DNA of 64,000 nt from Octopus vulgaris (lineage: Eukaryota): positions 90,520,001 through 90,584,000 of the forward strand of contig OX597819.1 in assembly GCA_951406725.2 (NCBI GenBank), given 5' to 3'. Below, in pieces: positions 12,420-50,880 of the stretch. The stretch's first letter is position 1. Every line of letters begins with the position of its first letter. The notes beneath the pieces are model-generated. The model saw nothing but the letters and a program-made list of their open reading frames with translations. It was not told the origin of the DNA and searched no databases. The position numbers and the translations under genes were made by a program.

Positions 12420-12550
12420 GAGATATCAGCGATAACGAAGAAGAGGGACGAGTTAAAATTCTTGGAGAACAGGAGCATGTAGCGCCACCTCGAGGCAACG
12501 CTCTTCAACAATGACGTCACAAGACTTTGTCACGGGATCGCCATTTTGTA
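12420..12550 (+). promoter_or_regulatory. Rab7 TATA-less CpG-rich promoter
   Basis: About 9 CpG in 120 nt. CTCF-like CCTCGAGGTGGCGCTA (minus, 12480-12495), palindromic CRE TGACGTCA (12512-12519), GTCACGGGAT (12529-12538), YY1 CGCCATTTTG (12539-12548). Confidence 0.65.
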
Positions 12551-12608
12551 GTGTTGGTAGGTTAACTTGGTGCTGCATCTGTACTTGGGAATAAACCAAT
12601 CTCTCTAG
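12530..12608 (+). other. RAB7: Probable non-coding first exon of Rab7 (start approximate)
   Basis: Consensus donor AG|GTAAGT at 12608/12609 directly after a CpG-rich motif cluster. The ATG-bearing exon has an acceptor 25 nt upstream of the ATG, so an upstream exon is required. Confidence 0.7.
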
Positions 12609-14367
12609 GTAAGTCACTTGGTATATATTTAATAGCGATAGCTTAGGGTTCGTTAATATTCTCTCCACCGTATTTATACGTACTGTAAAAAGGAGATTCT
12701 GTTTTTCTACGTTATTCCAAGCCCTACATCAGTTGTTGCAGTTGCGTACACACCTCCCTTTCCTTCGTAATATCGGTAATGTATAAGACTATTCGCAAAT
12801 GATAAAGTGGATACACACACACTTGTGTGTATATATATATATATATGTATGTATATATATATATTTAGATATATATATATATATATAGCTAGTTGTTTGT
12901 ACTTTAGTTAACATTTTTAAAAGAAAAAAGGGGGCAAAATCATTGTTGGTTGCATCATGACTAATGTTGTAACTATCCATTTTGTTTATACAGAATTATA
13001 ATACAGCATTTTTGCAGATATAGGTAAAAAGTTTGTGATTAAAAATGATATGACGTTTCTTTTTCTCGATGTTTTCTTGTATGATATAACACGAACACGT
13101 AGTGTGTGTGTCTAATATATATATATATATATAAAGGAACTATTTTATGTAAGGTACAATAAAAACAACGTATATGTTTTGTCAATTCTCTTGTGAGAGT
13201 GGAAATTATTAAAAATTGTGTCATGATTTGGGTGAGGGGTGTATTTTATAATGAATTGCCTTTCTCTTGTGGTGTCAGGACAAATGTAATAAACAATCTC
13301 TTTCCTGCTTAGTTGAAATTGTTCCTCGGGCACCTGCCACTTAATACGAGAACAGACACCTAAAACCGCGTTAATGAAAACCTGCGCATTTTGTCAAAAT
13401 CTTGAAAAATTTAGGAGCGCTCTTATTGTTGAAGTTGAATAAAGATAATAATTACGACAGATTTTCTTACACTTTTATCAGAAACTAGGAGGATATTTAT
13501 GTAACTTGAATTTGTGAGTAATGGTATTTTGGTCTGTGCTCTTGACTTTGAAATATAGCTTAAGGTTTTGGCTGACATTTTTGTTAAATTTCATCAAAAC
13601 AATTTTCTTTCCTATGCTTTCTTTACTACAATCGATATTTCAAAAAGATTTTAAAATTTATTTTGTGGTCGAGAGAAAAATCTATTTAAAGCTCCGTAGT
13701 ATAACTACCAATAATAGATAGCCTCATTCTCTTTACGAGTTTGTGTTTAATCCTGTAGGCCTGTTTGGCTGGAAAGATGTGCTGTTTTTTCCTCCATACT
13801 GTCAAGTAATATTATTATAAGCAGTTTTTATAAGCTGATGTATTAGAATTTTGATTGTTCAATCTAAATCGAAAAATTACTTTTAGGTAATTATTAGTAT
13901 GCATAAATAAAACCAAGCAGACAGATTTTCCTAAATGTAAGCTGATTTACTCCCCATTAGCCCCCCCCCCCCCATCCCCAACTCCTTTCGGAACAAGGTT
14001 TATTTATTTATTTTTTTAAAATCCTGCTTTTTAAGTTTTGCAAAATAAGATATTTTTTTAATGTTACATTCTTGGAAAACTATTGTCTGTAACCCTCTTC
14101 GAGGTTGACTTACAAAAAAAAAAAAAAATACACCAATTATTTGAATGTTTTTATCTCGTTTTTCTGAAAGACATTAAAAATTTTTAAGGAACCATATCTG
14201 TTAGACTTCAGGAATTTTGGGCCTTTCCACTTTAAAAAAAATTATAATGATCTTAATGTTTTTGTTTTTTTGCTCTCTTCATAACAGTACTTGTTGGAAT
14301 GTGCTGAGTCAGAATGTTAAAAAATTCAACTCCTTAGGATACATCATCACTTGTTAATTTTGTATGT

Positions 14368-14402
<35 letters not shown>

Positions 14403-15437
14403 GCACACACACACATCTTACCGATTCATGTTTATAACATTGTCTTGTAAGATTTTTTTTTGTGATCACTTGTAATGTTATTCTGTATATTAATGTTTAA
14501 GACCAAATTTAATATCAATTGTTTATAGTGCATTGCAGTTTAGTTATAATTTTAAAAAGTTAATTTTTTTTGTTATTATTAGTATGGCTTTTATATCCAT
14601 TTCTCATACACATTAAATTTATTGGAAAATATTTTGCTGGCTCTAGCAGCCATTCATTTCTTATCAGTGCGTATTAAGATATGTTAATTCAGGATTTCAT
14701 TTTCAGCTACTTATTACAAGCATGTATTTATTATACACCCTCAATTTACTCTTTAGGTGATTAACACATTGTTTTAAAGATAGTTTTATACGATTTTAAT
14801 GCTATTTTGTAAAAGCTTTGTGGAAAATATTGAGAAATATATTCACTTGAAAATTATTAATGTGCTTTTACTTTCTGGTAGTTAAGAGTATACTATAAAA
14901 TAATGTCCTCTTTGAAGATTAAATGAAATTGGAGTATCACAAGCTGTTTTCTTTTAATTCCCTGCTGAGGATAAATGTGCTTTTCTTATCTATTGATGAT
15001 CTCGTCAAGCCATGATTTTGTGAGAATACTGATGTACTTTACACCTTGAAATCGTAAATTAGTAACTGACCGATAACATTTTGTATTTGCTCTATTAGTC
15101 AAAAGTGCTAGTCAAAAATTTGGTGGGCGTCAATCAATGTACGTGTCTTTCAATTTTATTTAAATCACTTTGAAAAATTTGAGTTTGGTTTTCATCTAAA
15201 ACGTTATCAATAAGCTTCCTTTTACACAGTAAAGAGAAAACAACACTTTTTGTTTATGTACCTTCCTTATATATTTTTATTTCAAAGCAGTCTAAACAGG
15301 TTGGTTGATAGTTAGCCTATTGAGATCAATATTAAATGTCAGTATATATTTAAAGATGTTTTATTTTCATGCTTTTTCTTTTGATTTAGTTACAATATGT
15401 TTCTTTTTACAGCGAAGTTAGTACAACTTGTAAAATA

Positions 15438-39636
<24,199 letters not shown>

Positions 39637-40097
39637 AGAACCTTATAACAGAAAAAGGGCTCGGTTTGATGTGCTCTAGCCTTGTGGGTGGGCCATTCTG
39701 ACCATTCCGAGGGACAGCTGCTGCTGCTGTTGCTGACCTCTCAAACATTAACCACACACACACTTGTTTAGTGTGTGAACATGTGTTATGTGAATGTACA
39801 TCTGTGTGAGTGTATGAATCTGCGTGTGTGTGTGTGCATATATATACACATATATATATTATACATATTCCTGCATAAATATATATATGCGTGTGTATTA
39901 AAAAATTGAATTATGCATATATATATAATATAGAAGGAAAACTGTTGCCATATGAAAGTGGTAAAACAATTATTGGTTCAGCAAGAGATTAGTTAACAGT
40001 TTGTTTTATTAAAATTTTATCCTATTTCCATGCACAGAATCTTTGGTTGAAAGTGAGGTCCCTAGAAATTTTTTGAATTGTGTGTGCCCGCATGTGT

Positions 40098-40145
<48 letters not shown>

Positions 40146-41670
40146 GTGTGTATGTTTATACACATCACACACAGTCTTTCTTTTAGACAAAAATTTGTCC
40201 TAAAATTTTTCTGAAGTTTTCCTAACTTTAAAATGAACACTAAATAAATGCTTTATATGCAACATCCCATGTAACCCTTGGCTTAGTCTCAACAATTCTG
40301 ATTTTTGTACAGATATATCTTGCAATACTTAAACATCAACTTAACAAAAAAAAAGTTTCTATAGTTATTATGCATCCACTAACAATTATATTTATTCTTA
40401 ATATCTTTATCTTTAAAGGAATTATTTCTTTCTCTCGGAAATGAAAATAAAAGCCCCATTTGAAAGTGAGCAAATTTGTTATAAATCCTTATGTATGTGT
40501 GTATGTATATATATGTGTGTATGTATGTATATATATATATACATATATATATATTAATTTAGGCTGACAATTTTTCACAGATAAAATAAACTGAAACTAT
40601 GGTGGAATCATAGAACAACAATGAAATTTGTATAATGGTTTTCGAACCTTGTGTGCCTTCAATTGCACACATTTTACATAATCATGCATGCATACATTTG
40701 CATATGACATACACACACACACACATATTTGCACGACACATAATACATGCATACACAAACACTCATGTATGAGGTTCAACCAATGTCATAAATTCATTAA
40801 AAATAATAATTAATGTATGCCTGGAAGGCCTGTAATGAGAAGTAATAAAAAAAAAATTTTTTTTAACCCAGCAGCAGCTGCCTCCAGTATGAATATGTAA
40901 TTAAAACCTGCCAAGATTTGACATAACACAAAATATAGAATTGAATGACAGGTTGCATGACTTCCTTGGCTTTTGATTAGTCAAGTTTATAAAAAATGGG
41001 GTTGAGAATCAAAGGGAAATGAGGGATTGTTGTTGCTCGTGTACAGCAAATTCATGAATAAAGAAATTGGTTTGAATCAAAATGAGCCACAGGCTTTGTC
41101 CATTTCGTCCTATATTAGAATCCTTTGTAAGTCTTTTTTTGGGGGGGATTATTATTTTTTTTCTGTCTCTTAGATATGACTTATTTAGAATGAAGTTTAT
41201 CCCAGCTTGGCCTTATCTGTTTTTAAAGCAGTATATTGTGCTTTGAGAATAGTTTTAGTTTAAAGAAAGGAAAAGATTTCTTTTAGTTTATTGCTATACT
41301 TTGTAAATAATGCAAATTGTGCTAATTCTCTGTTGCCAATTTCTAGGACCTTCAATAATTTTATAAATATATCTTGGCTTAATTTAGCTCCTTTCTGGCT
41401 GCCATTAACTAAAAAAGAAAAAATTTGTTTTTAATATTTTTTTATTACCTATTCACTTTCCTTTGGTCTATTCTTCAGTTTTTTTCTTTATGGTATATCT
41501 CTGAAAATCTGAATTTTATGAACGAGTTACTTTTGATGCAAAAAAAAATTATTAAATAATTTCTTCATTAATTAAATTGTTTTTGTGGTTCTTGCTGTTT
41601 AATAAATTGTTTTCAATGCATTTTCTTTCATTGGTTTGTTACAATAAAGAACATATTCCTGCTACAGGTT
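39637..41670 (+). other. RAB7: Probable Rab7 3' UTR with several candidate polyadenylation signals
   Basis: Follows the stop codon; no recognisable transposon debris; AATAAA at 40243, 40446, 40844, 41057, 41601 and 41643. The true end is unknown. Confidence 0.5.
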
Positions 41671-44600
41671 AAAGTATTAATATATTTTTTTGATTTGGGT
41701 ATAAATTATTTACTGAGCCAGTTGAATCAACTGTTTTAGCTTGAGAGAAGACACTGTAAACAGTTTTAACTTCTCATCCATCAACAAAAAACTTCCATTT
41801 TCAGAATTTTAAATTATGACCCCCAAAAATTGTTTTAAACTTTTGACTTTCAGATTATTAAAATACCTTTTTCTAGGATCTTATCTACGAGATTTCTAGT
41901 TTGTTTGCTTCCAAGTAGTTCCATGTAATGTTCCCTTTCTTCCTAATTCCAATATTGTTTTGATTATTTAGATCTTAAATTTGAAATTATCTGATTTACA
42001 GTTGAACAGCCAATTAAAAAAAAAAAAAAGGCCCTGGAAGACTCTTTTCTAATTAAGAAATTCTTAGGAAAGCTTTTACAGTTAAAGTTGTAGGTGCATT
42101 GCTGTGTGTGTATACACATACATAATTACCATACAAGTATGTTGGACTACTTCTGAACATGGATGAAATACACCTTGAAAATGTTTCATTCCCTTAGCTA
42201 TAATTTATTTGTTTGAATTTTTTGAGGGAAGAATAAGTTAGTTGTTCAATTTGTACATTTCAAACAGAAGTGGGGTGGAGTTCAAAAAGGCTGATCTGGA
42301 GGAAAGTTGAAAAAAGTGGTTAGAGTGAGGTGGAAGACAATATGAGAAGACATGGATGGATCAGAAGTGTTATTTATACTTTGTGTATGTGTAAACTAAA
42401 GTATCCCCATAGCATTTGCTGTCATTGAGCCACAAATGGAGGAGACATTGTGTTCAGCTTGTGTGTTTGCTTGTCTTATTAGAAATAGCAAGTTCCCTTC
42501 AAATCAAACACCACTGTCATAAAAATAGAAAATAGGGCTGTCAAAGATAATGTCTTGGATAAACTATATCTTGAAGACCAAATGATGATAGCTGAAATTC
42601 CTTTATTGGTTTTCTTGGTCAAGGCTAACTTAAAAAGCAATTTTTAGAGCCCATTCCATTGCAAGGTTACAGCCACAAGGCATAAGAATCTAGATCAGTA
42701 ATACTGCTTGTCACTAACTTCCTACCACCCCTGATATTCATTTATGTAAATAGTAGATTTAAAATGTATTTCTTTCAGTTCATCACATCTATCAAGAGAA
42801 ACATTCTTTTTGAACATGAAAGTATGGTTAATTAAAGTAATTTTTTGAAAGCAGATCTTCACAAAACTGACATGAGAAATTAACAAGATGGCTTTACAGA
42901 AACTCGTCTTCAGTCTTTGGCCTGCATTTTTACCTGTGCATGTTTTGATTCTACCTTTTCAGTAGAGGCTCAAGTGCAAAATTCTTTCCTTACATAGGCT
43001 TTATATCTACAAAATTATTATGCTGCTTAAAAAATATTAAAACAATTTACATGTTTAGTCCTACAACTAAAAGGGAAAAAAATCTACATTGTAAATATAT
43101 ATGTAAAAGGACTACTGAATTTCAAAGCATACAAACCTATAAATATCTTTTGCAAATAACTTATGGCTACAAAAAAAAGTCGAAGGGGTTCAATTTTTAA
43201 CCTAATATCTGCATGTTATCTTTTATAATAGCTTTTACATGTGCTTCAAGATCCACTGTTCAAAAAGAAGCTTGTTTTATGTTCTCTCAAAAGTTTTGAA
43301 ATTCTTTTGTCAATTATGTATATATAAATTTGTATCTAAAATATACTTTACAAAGTGCAAATGTCTGATATTAAACCCAGTGGGTTGAGTAGTGAATAGA
43401 TATTTTATTATATCAAATATTGAGTGTACTCAGTTCCCTGTTCTGAGCTATTGTGAACAGCCAAGGGGAATACTCAGGATTGTCAACTTTTGATATAAGA
43501 TATTGCATAATTTCATTTTTGTATTTGTTTTGCATGTCTCTTGGGAGTATATTTATGCTTTTGGTGAATGCATATATGGGGAGTGGGACAGTCCCCTGTT
43601 TAGTGTATTTGTGAGTATCCACAAACTTATCCTTACATATATACACTTATATGGCAATCTGTATAAGCACATGACAGACTGCACATATATACTTAAATGA
43701 AACTGGATTTATAAACATAAGATAATGAAGAATTAGCAATGACACAAACACTTCCATCTAACCCTGGATGTGTGTTCTCTGGCACCACTATATAAACAAG
43801 TGTGTTCTGTGTAGTCAAATGTGGTCTGTGCAAGTATATTTGTGAATGAATGTCTTTAAATACATGTATGTAGATGACTTTACATATGTGGATGTATATA
43901 TATGAGAATAAGTACATTTGTGCATTGGTGTTCATTTTCTTGAGATATCAAAGCTAATTCAAGGCATACACAGTTATAAAACAAAAAAAACCTAATTCCT
44001 CATCAGCATAGTTACATAACTTGCTCACAAAGATACCAAACATAACATAGAATATATCCATCACACACACTAAAGTAGTGTAAGTATGCTAATAAAAGCA
44101 GAGATGAGATTCACCTGGAGTTACAAGCTCTTCTCATTGAGAGATCACCTCTTGATGAAAGGTCTCTGACAAACCAACTGATTGATTGAGCAAACAATTA
44201 CTCAAGCAGTCAATTAGTTTTGACTAATAATTGATTCTGATTTAGGCACAAGATTGAGGAGGAGTTAGTCAATACCATTGATCCTTAGGATTTGACTAGT
44301 ACTGTATTTTGTCAACTGCAAAAGGATGAAGGGCAAAGAAGAGCCAGAACAAATACTGCACAATGAAACAAATTTTAACAATTCTGTCAGTTTGCTACTT
44401 TTATAGTTGATTAGTAACAGCTCTTTTGAATTTTTGGTACAGGGCCAGCACTTTTGATAGAAAGGTAAGTCAATTACATTGACCCCAGTGCTCATCTGGT
44501 TCTTATTTTATCAACCCTGAAAGAACGAAAGGCAAAGTTGACCTTGGCAGAATTTGAACTCAGATCATAAAGTTGGATGAAATACTAAGCATTTTGTCTG

Positions 44601-47600
44601 ACCTGCTAAACTATTCTGCCAGCTCACTGTCTTCATGGTTGATTAGTAATTAATAAAAAGAAGTAAAATAGAACCAGTGTGTGTTTCTTATTGGCAAAAT
44701 TACTCCCCTAAGGTACTGCTACATGTATGTGTGTATGAATACTGTCATATAAGTAGAGTACTTTTATTTATCTAAGGGGAGGTGTTACAGTCAGTTAACT
44801 CAAACTTCTTTTATTGAACATTAAACTGTTTAGATATGATTATTGTATTAAACCTTTGATAAACCATTTATCTGATTCTCTATCAACTGCCACTTGTTAA
44901 CAAGGATGTCTTATATTAGCTTGAGGCCTAATGTTTAGAAAGTAAAAGATTGACATACATGCTTAGAAAGTATTGCCAAATCAGATATACCAAATAAAAT
45001 CTTATTGTCTACTCGCTACACTATTTGAGGTTTTGGTGTATTTTGATCTGTTGGTGACCCCTTGACTCTGCATAAATCTCTGTGGCTTAATATAATTTGT
45101 ACCTATTCCTGTAGTACCATTTCTTCAAGAGACAGTTTCAACCTATGGACTTCTGGGTTATGGGTGCTGCATTCTTCCACTGTGCCACTTTTCTCCACAA
45201 GTGATTAAGCAAATATATAAAGTATATTTCTTAAGTTGTCTGTTTCAGATTAGCCTGAAATGAATTCTGTTTCTCCAGTGCAGCATAGAAAGCAAGCTTG
45301 CTAGTTTCAACTACAGTGTGAAGAATAATGTTGAGACTTCTACAGTTAGGAATTAGAGTATCTTGCAGCTTATACATTCAGTATATCTTTTTTATTTGCC
45401 CTCTCTATTTCATTTAGCTTCTTTCTTATTTCATGTTGTTTAGTTTCAGATTACCAGTTTCATTTGTTTTCTTTTCTGATGGTTTAGTCTGTACCTGTGT
45501 CAAGCAAAAACTATGTCTCTAATCTTCCATGTTATCATGAGATGGACTTTAGAATGACTTGTCATAACCTGTTCTGTTACCAACCAGTCATTGTCTTACT
45601 AGTATCTATTTCAGCACTGGGTAAAATGTCTAAGAATAGAATTTAATATTAATATATGTTGCTCAACTGAAAACTACGATCACAGATGTTCCTATTGATG
45701 TCATTTCACTTTTTGTAAAGCAAGAACTACATTTTTTTTCTAAAAGGACTGGGTGTTATTTGAATGAAATTTGGTTGCTGTTTTTAGTAAATGGAATGAT
45801 TTCTTTGTTAGCTTGTGCTGATATATTTTAGTTTATAGGGTAAAAATTATATCCAAAATATATATTGTTTCCTGGACACATTATTGCTAGAGAATTTTTT
45901 GTCTGACTTCAAAATTTTTGGCAAAAATTCTTACACAGCGGATTCCTGTTTAAGATAAATTCTAAAAACAAAATAGCAACTAACTTTGAAAGAACTTCTT
46001 GCTAATTGATAAAAAAAAAAAGAAATAAAGATGGCATGTGATGCAATCCAAATACTCAAATTTTTATTATAAAACTATGGTGTTTATAGGAACTTAAACA
46101 AAGCTTATAAAATATATCCCAAAATTGAAATAATATTCTCTCTAATTTTGACACAAAGCTGGCAATTTTTAGGGTGGGGGGATCAAGTCAGTTACATTGA
46201 TGAAAGGCAGTTGACTTTGAACTCAGAATGTGATGCTGGAAGAAATGCTGCCAAGCATTTTGTTCAGTATGCTAACAATTCTACCAACTCATCGCTTTTA
46301 TATTAGAAATGATATATCACAATATATTAAATACTTTGTGAAAGAATTTTTTGTTTTTGATATTTAGTTATTGTGTGAACATTCCATTCAATGTAATTAA
46401 TTGGAGTGGCTAATTCTAAACTTTTTTTTTTTGTAGACTAGTGGAAGTCCTAAGTTATAAACAATTCATTATCAAGTGATAATATATTAGTTCATTTGGC
46501 AGACTGAGATTTGTAATGGGCTTTTTATCTGAAGTCATTTATGTTGTTGGATTCAAATTTACGACCAGTTTTTGCATAGCCCCAGATCAATCCTGATTGA
46601 GCAGATATATAATCAAAACCAAGATCATCTTAACTATGTTTTCCATTTTTTCAGGCAGTTATCTACATTATTTAATGTCTGTTTTTTTTCTTTTTTAAGA
46701 TGGGTTATAATTGAAGGGGATATTTGGCTATTATTTCTTGCAGGTAAACTGACCATATAGAGATGATCTAGTTGGATCCTTTTTAGCTTGGTTAAACCTA
46801 TTCTTTTTACTTACAGGTGATATTTACAATTGTAAATGTTTTACTTTGCAGTTTTGAAAATCAAAGGAAATTCTTTTCAAGATTGATTAAACTTTTTCTT
46901 CATTAGATTATAATTTTTCAGATTAATAAATAATTTTTTTTTTTTTTTTTTTTTTTTTAACATCTTAAAAATGCAGAAACTTTGAAGTCTGGCAGCTTTT
47001 GTTTTTTTTTTTCTTTTTCCACCCAATGGTTTTTTTTTGTTTTTTAATCCCATATTCTACACATTATTATTTATAAATTTACTTCAAGTTCCACCGTCAA
47101 AACATTTTTTCTCCCTCTTTCCATCTTTTCATTAATTGATACATCTTCTGATGTAGTTAGTTAATGTTTCATATTTGTTAATTATACAGTTGTATGGTTA
47201 AGAACTTTACTTCATATTCTGGATTCAGTGCCACTGTGCTACATTTTAAGCAAGTTTCCGACCAATGATTTTGAATGGAATTTTGCAGATGATAAAAAAA
47301 ATATATCCTGTATTATCATTTACATTATTTTTCCATGTTGGTATGGGTTGGATTTGGTATCCCAATACAAGTTAGATGCGTCAGAGGATCATGTTTCACT
47401 CATACATTTCCTGTTTGGTCTGGTTTATGCAACAGAATATCCTTCCTGATATCAACTTCTTATAAAATATACTAGGTGCATTTTATTGGCCACCAGCACT
47501 GGAAAGTTTGCCATCACTGAAGAGCATTCTCTATGTTGTTCCTGTTCAGTCAAGAGAGTGGTGAATGCCAATAGTAAAGAAAAATGATAGGAGGTAAGAA

Positions 47601-49957
47601 CAAGACAGATTTTATGCTATCCCTTGATACACAATGTTGTGATGGAAGAGCGGTTGAAGGATAAAGGATAATGTTGGAAGATATCTTTTGATAAGAAACT
47701 GATAAACCAGTTCTTTAAATGAAGCCCTTTGTGATATTTGTTCCACCTGACTTGCTCAGACAATCCCTTACCACTCTTCGTTGTAAATGTTATGAACCAA
47801 TGATTTCATTGAAAATATAACGGATAATGCTAGTGTTACCAAAATGTAATAAACAATGTAATTTTTGGCCACTGAAGCAAGTGCTATTTAATACAGTTTA
47901 GCTTCCAGCAAGCTGTCTTTGTACCTACTTTCATTCCTAGGTTCAGCCATTTTTCTTCACTTCTAACAATAAAGCCAATCAGTAAAACATGAATGCTTTG
48001 CTTCTATACATCGCAAGTCTTAGATTTGTACAACAGGAACATTCCCTATACTAAATGATTTTGTTTCATTTTGTCATTCTTTCATTTTTGTATTTATCTC
48101 TCTAATTGTTCGAACATCTAATTTGTTTATCTTGGTTTGGTTCTAATTAAAACCCACTCATACTTCCTTAACCCAGTTCTCATCAGAGGGTTTTATCATA
48201 TGACTGAAATCTTTCTTACATCTAAATTTATATGTAGTTTTATCATACATGTAACACACATTCATTACTTCTCTTTGTAAAACTTCATACTTATATTTCA
48301 CTGTCATGCAATATGTTTAACACACACTAGTGCCTCTATACAAAATAAATTCCTAGTCCATCATGAAAATATACAGGATGTAAGGTTAGTAATTAATGAC
48401 ATGAAAACATTTTCTGGGATGTCTTCTGTATGAAGAGCATGTGAAGTGAGGGAGGCTAATATACATCATGTGGTGAGCTACAAAATGTCTCATAATTAAA
48501 ATTACATGTGTTATGTAAAAAGTATATAACATTACTGTTTTTTTTTAAGACAGCTGCAAAATTCAACTGGATAAATATTAAGTAGATGTCTGCAGTGAGT
48601 TTGACCATTGTTAAGCAAAGTGACAATCCTAGACATGTTTCAGTTTTATTAGTCCTCTTCGGGGGAGTGTAATTTTACTTGTACTTATTAGGTCTTAGAA
48701 TGGCTGAGAGGATTGAGTGGAAACATTCACTGATTCTAATATGACTTACCATGGAGTGTGATTAAATTATAAAACTACTAATAGCATAAGACTATCTAGA
48801 ATATGCTATTTTTTATCTTATATTGTTTTTTTGCCAGAGGCTGAGGCCAGGCTGGAGCACTACCTCTAACAACATTATTTAAAAAATCTAAGTAAATCTA
48901 TAGCCGTCTACTAGATGAATATCATCTAAATTACCAACTCTCGTTGGAGCGATGAGTTCATTTCCCAGAGATTCCTTCTGCATGAAAAAATATATTAAAT
49001 TGATGCTAACAATGAAAGCCTCAACGAATGAAAATTTAAATTACACTTGTAATTAAGAGAAATGACAGTGTTAATGGTAATTTTTATCAAGAAAGACAAG
49101 GGGGATAGTTGTGAAATCCAAAATTTAAAGTAGCATGCATTCAGAATTTTCTCCCCCGCTGCATGCTCCAATCAATTTTCTTTACTTCAGATTTCAGAAC
49201 CATGTTCCTTGACTTTAATTTTTTTTTTAATTCAGTAGATTAAATATCTACCCTTACACTATTAATATTCTGTGAAATAGCTGGTTGAAGAGATATGGAT
49301 ATACAGAGACTGAGAGGAAGGTAGGAGATAGGGAATGCTATTTTGCTAATTGGGTAACAAGAAGAGGCAAAAATAAAAGGAAAAGAGTGTTTACCAGAGG
49401 AAATGTAGTGGTGAGAGTATAGGGAAAAGAATGCTAGAGATAATTGCATACATGCTTATAATGTTCTGAGAACAGTCATAGCTGTTAAAGTGGTGATGGT
49501 GTCATTGATGAAGATAATGGTTAATGAAGATGGAGATGGCGAAAAGTGTAGTGTTTTATTGTGGCTGTGTGGTAAGAAGTTTGTTTCCCAACCATGTGGT
49601 TCCATGTTCAGTCCCACTGCACGACCAATCAAAGTATCATGAGTGGATTTAGTAGATGGAAATTAAAAGAAGTCCATCATATATATAAATGTTTGTGTGT
49701 GCATCTTTGTATTAGTGTTTGTCCCCATCACTCCCATAACTTAGTTCACCAAAAGAAACTGGGGTCAATTTGTTTGACTAAAACCATTCAAGTATGTCCA
49801 CAGTTTAGTGACTGAAACAAGTGTTTTTATTTTTAAATTGTCAATCACTTAAAATATATATTCTAATTAATATATAAGTGCGATTAATTATATTCTGCCC
49901 AATCAAATCTTTAAAATATATCTGTTTATCTATATTATTAGTCTACTCCCATCTAGG

Positions 49958-49994
<37 letters not shown>

Positions 49995-50757
49995 CAATCT
50001 GATTATGGAACAAAATCAAAGCATAAAATTTACATTATTTGTAAAACAATTTACTGATACACTATGAAAGGAAATCAGAGGTATAACCTATTAGAAATAC
50101 ATTTACATTACATTATTCATAAGACGAGTGACAGTTAAATAAATACTATTAACTAAGGTGTACTTGTTTATATATATCATCATCATCATTTTAACATCCA
50201 GATTTCATGCTAGCAAGGGTTAGCCTATTAACAGTATCTGACCAGCTTGAGGTCTGCATTGATCCTCAGTGTCTGTTTTGGCAAATTTTCAAAAGCTGGA
50301 TGCCCTTCTAATGCCAGCCATTTTCTAGTGTATACATATTTCATGGTTCCAGCACTTGTGAGGTTACCAAATAACTCACAAGACCAGACCTTTGGACAGA
50401 GATGGAATGCAGTATTGTGGGAGGTGACTTTGTGCCAGATGCCAAGAGGCTAAAGCAGGAAAGAGGAGCATGACTATCCCAGCAGGAAAGGGAGAAAGTT
50501 TGGTGCAGAAAAAGTTTCAGAGCACACCTTCAAGGTACAAGAAGATAGATGGAGAAATATTAGAAGCAAAAAATTGAGGATGTTTGGGCTTGTAGGTAGA
50601 TTTGGAACATACCGATTCATATTAGTAACATCTTGTAGATTTACCTTAATCTCCTAGGTAGGGAAATTGAAGTAAATCTAATCAATTTACTTCAATCAAA
50701 ATAGAAGATTGACAATTGTACAACAAGGAATATAATGTTCAAAGACGTTCGCTTTTA

Positions 50758-50880
50758 AATTTACAAGAAAACAAATGTCTCCTAATCAAGGTTTCAATCC
50801 CAAAAGATGACAATGTATCTCTAAAAGAAATGAAGAAACTATCTAAAATTTAGAAATCTGGAAATAGATATAACAAGATA
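50758..50880 (+). mobile_element. R4/Dong-like restriction-like endonuclease fragment
   Basis: QENKCLLIKVSIPKDDNVSLKEMKKLSK./.NLEIDITR matches RLE KCxLIDVxIPxDxNxxxKExEKxxKYxDLxxE. Confidence 0.65.

Noticed and set aside
12453-12668. 71-aa minus-strand ORF over the promoter, and a 27-codon plus ORF from the ATG at 12511
   Set aside because: No recognisable homology; expected in locally GC-richer DNA; the ATG is part of the CRE and probably lies upstream of the TSS.
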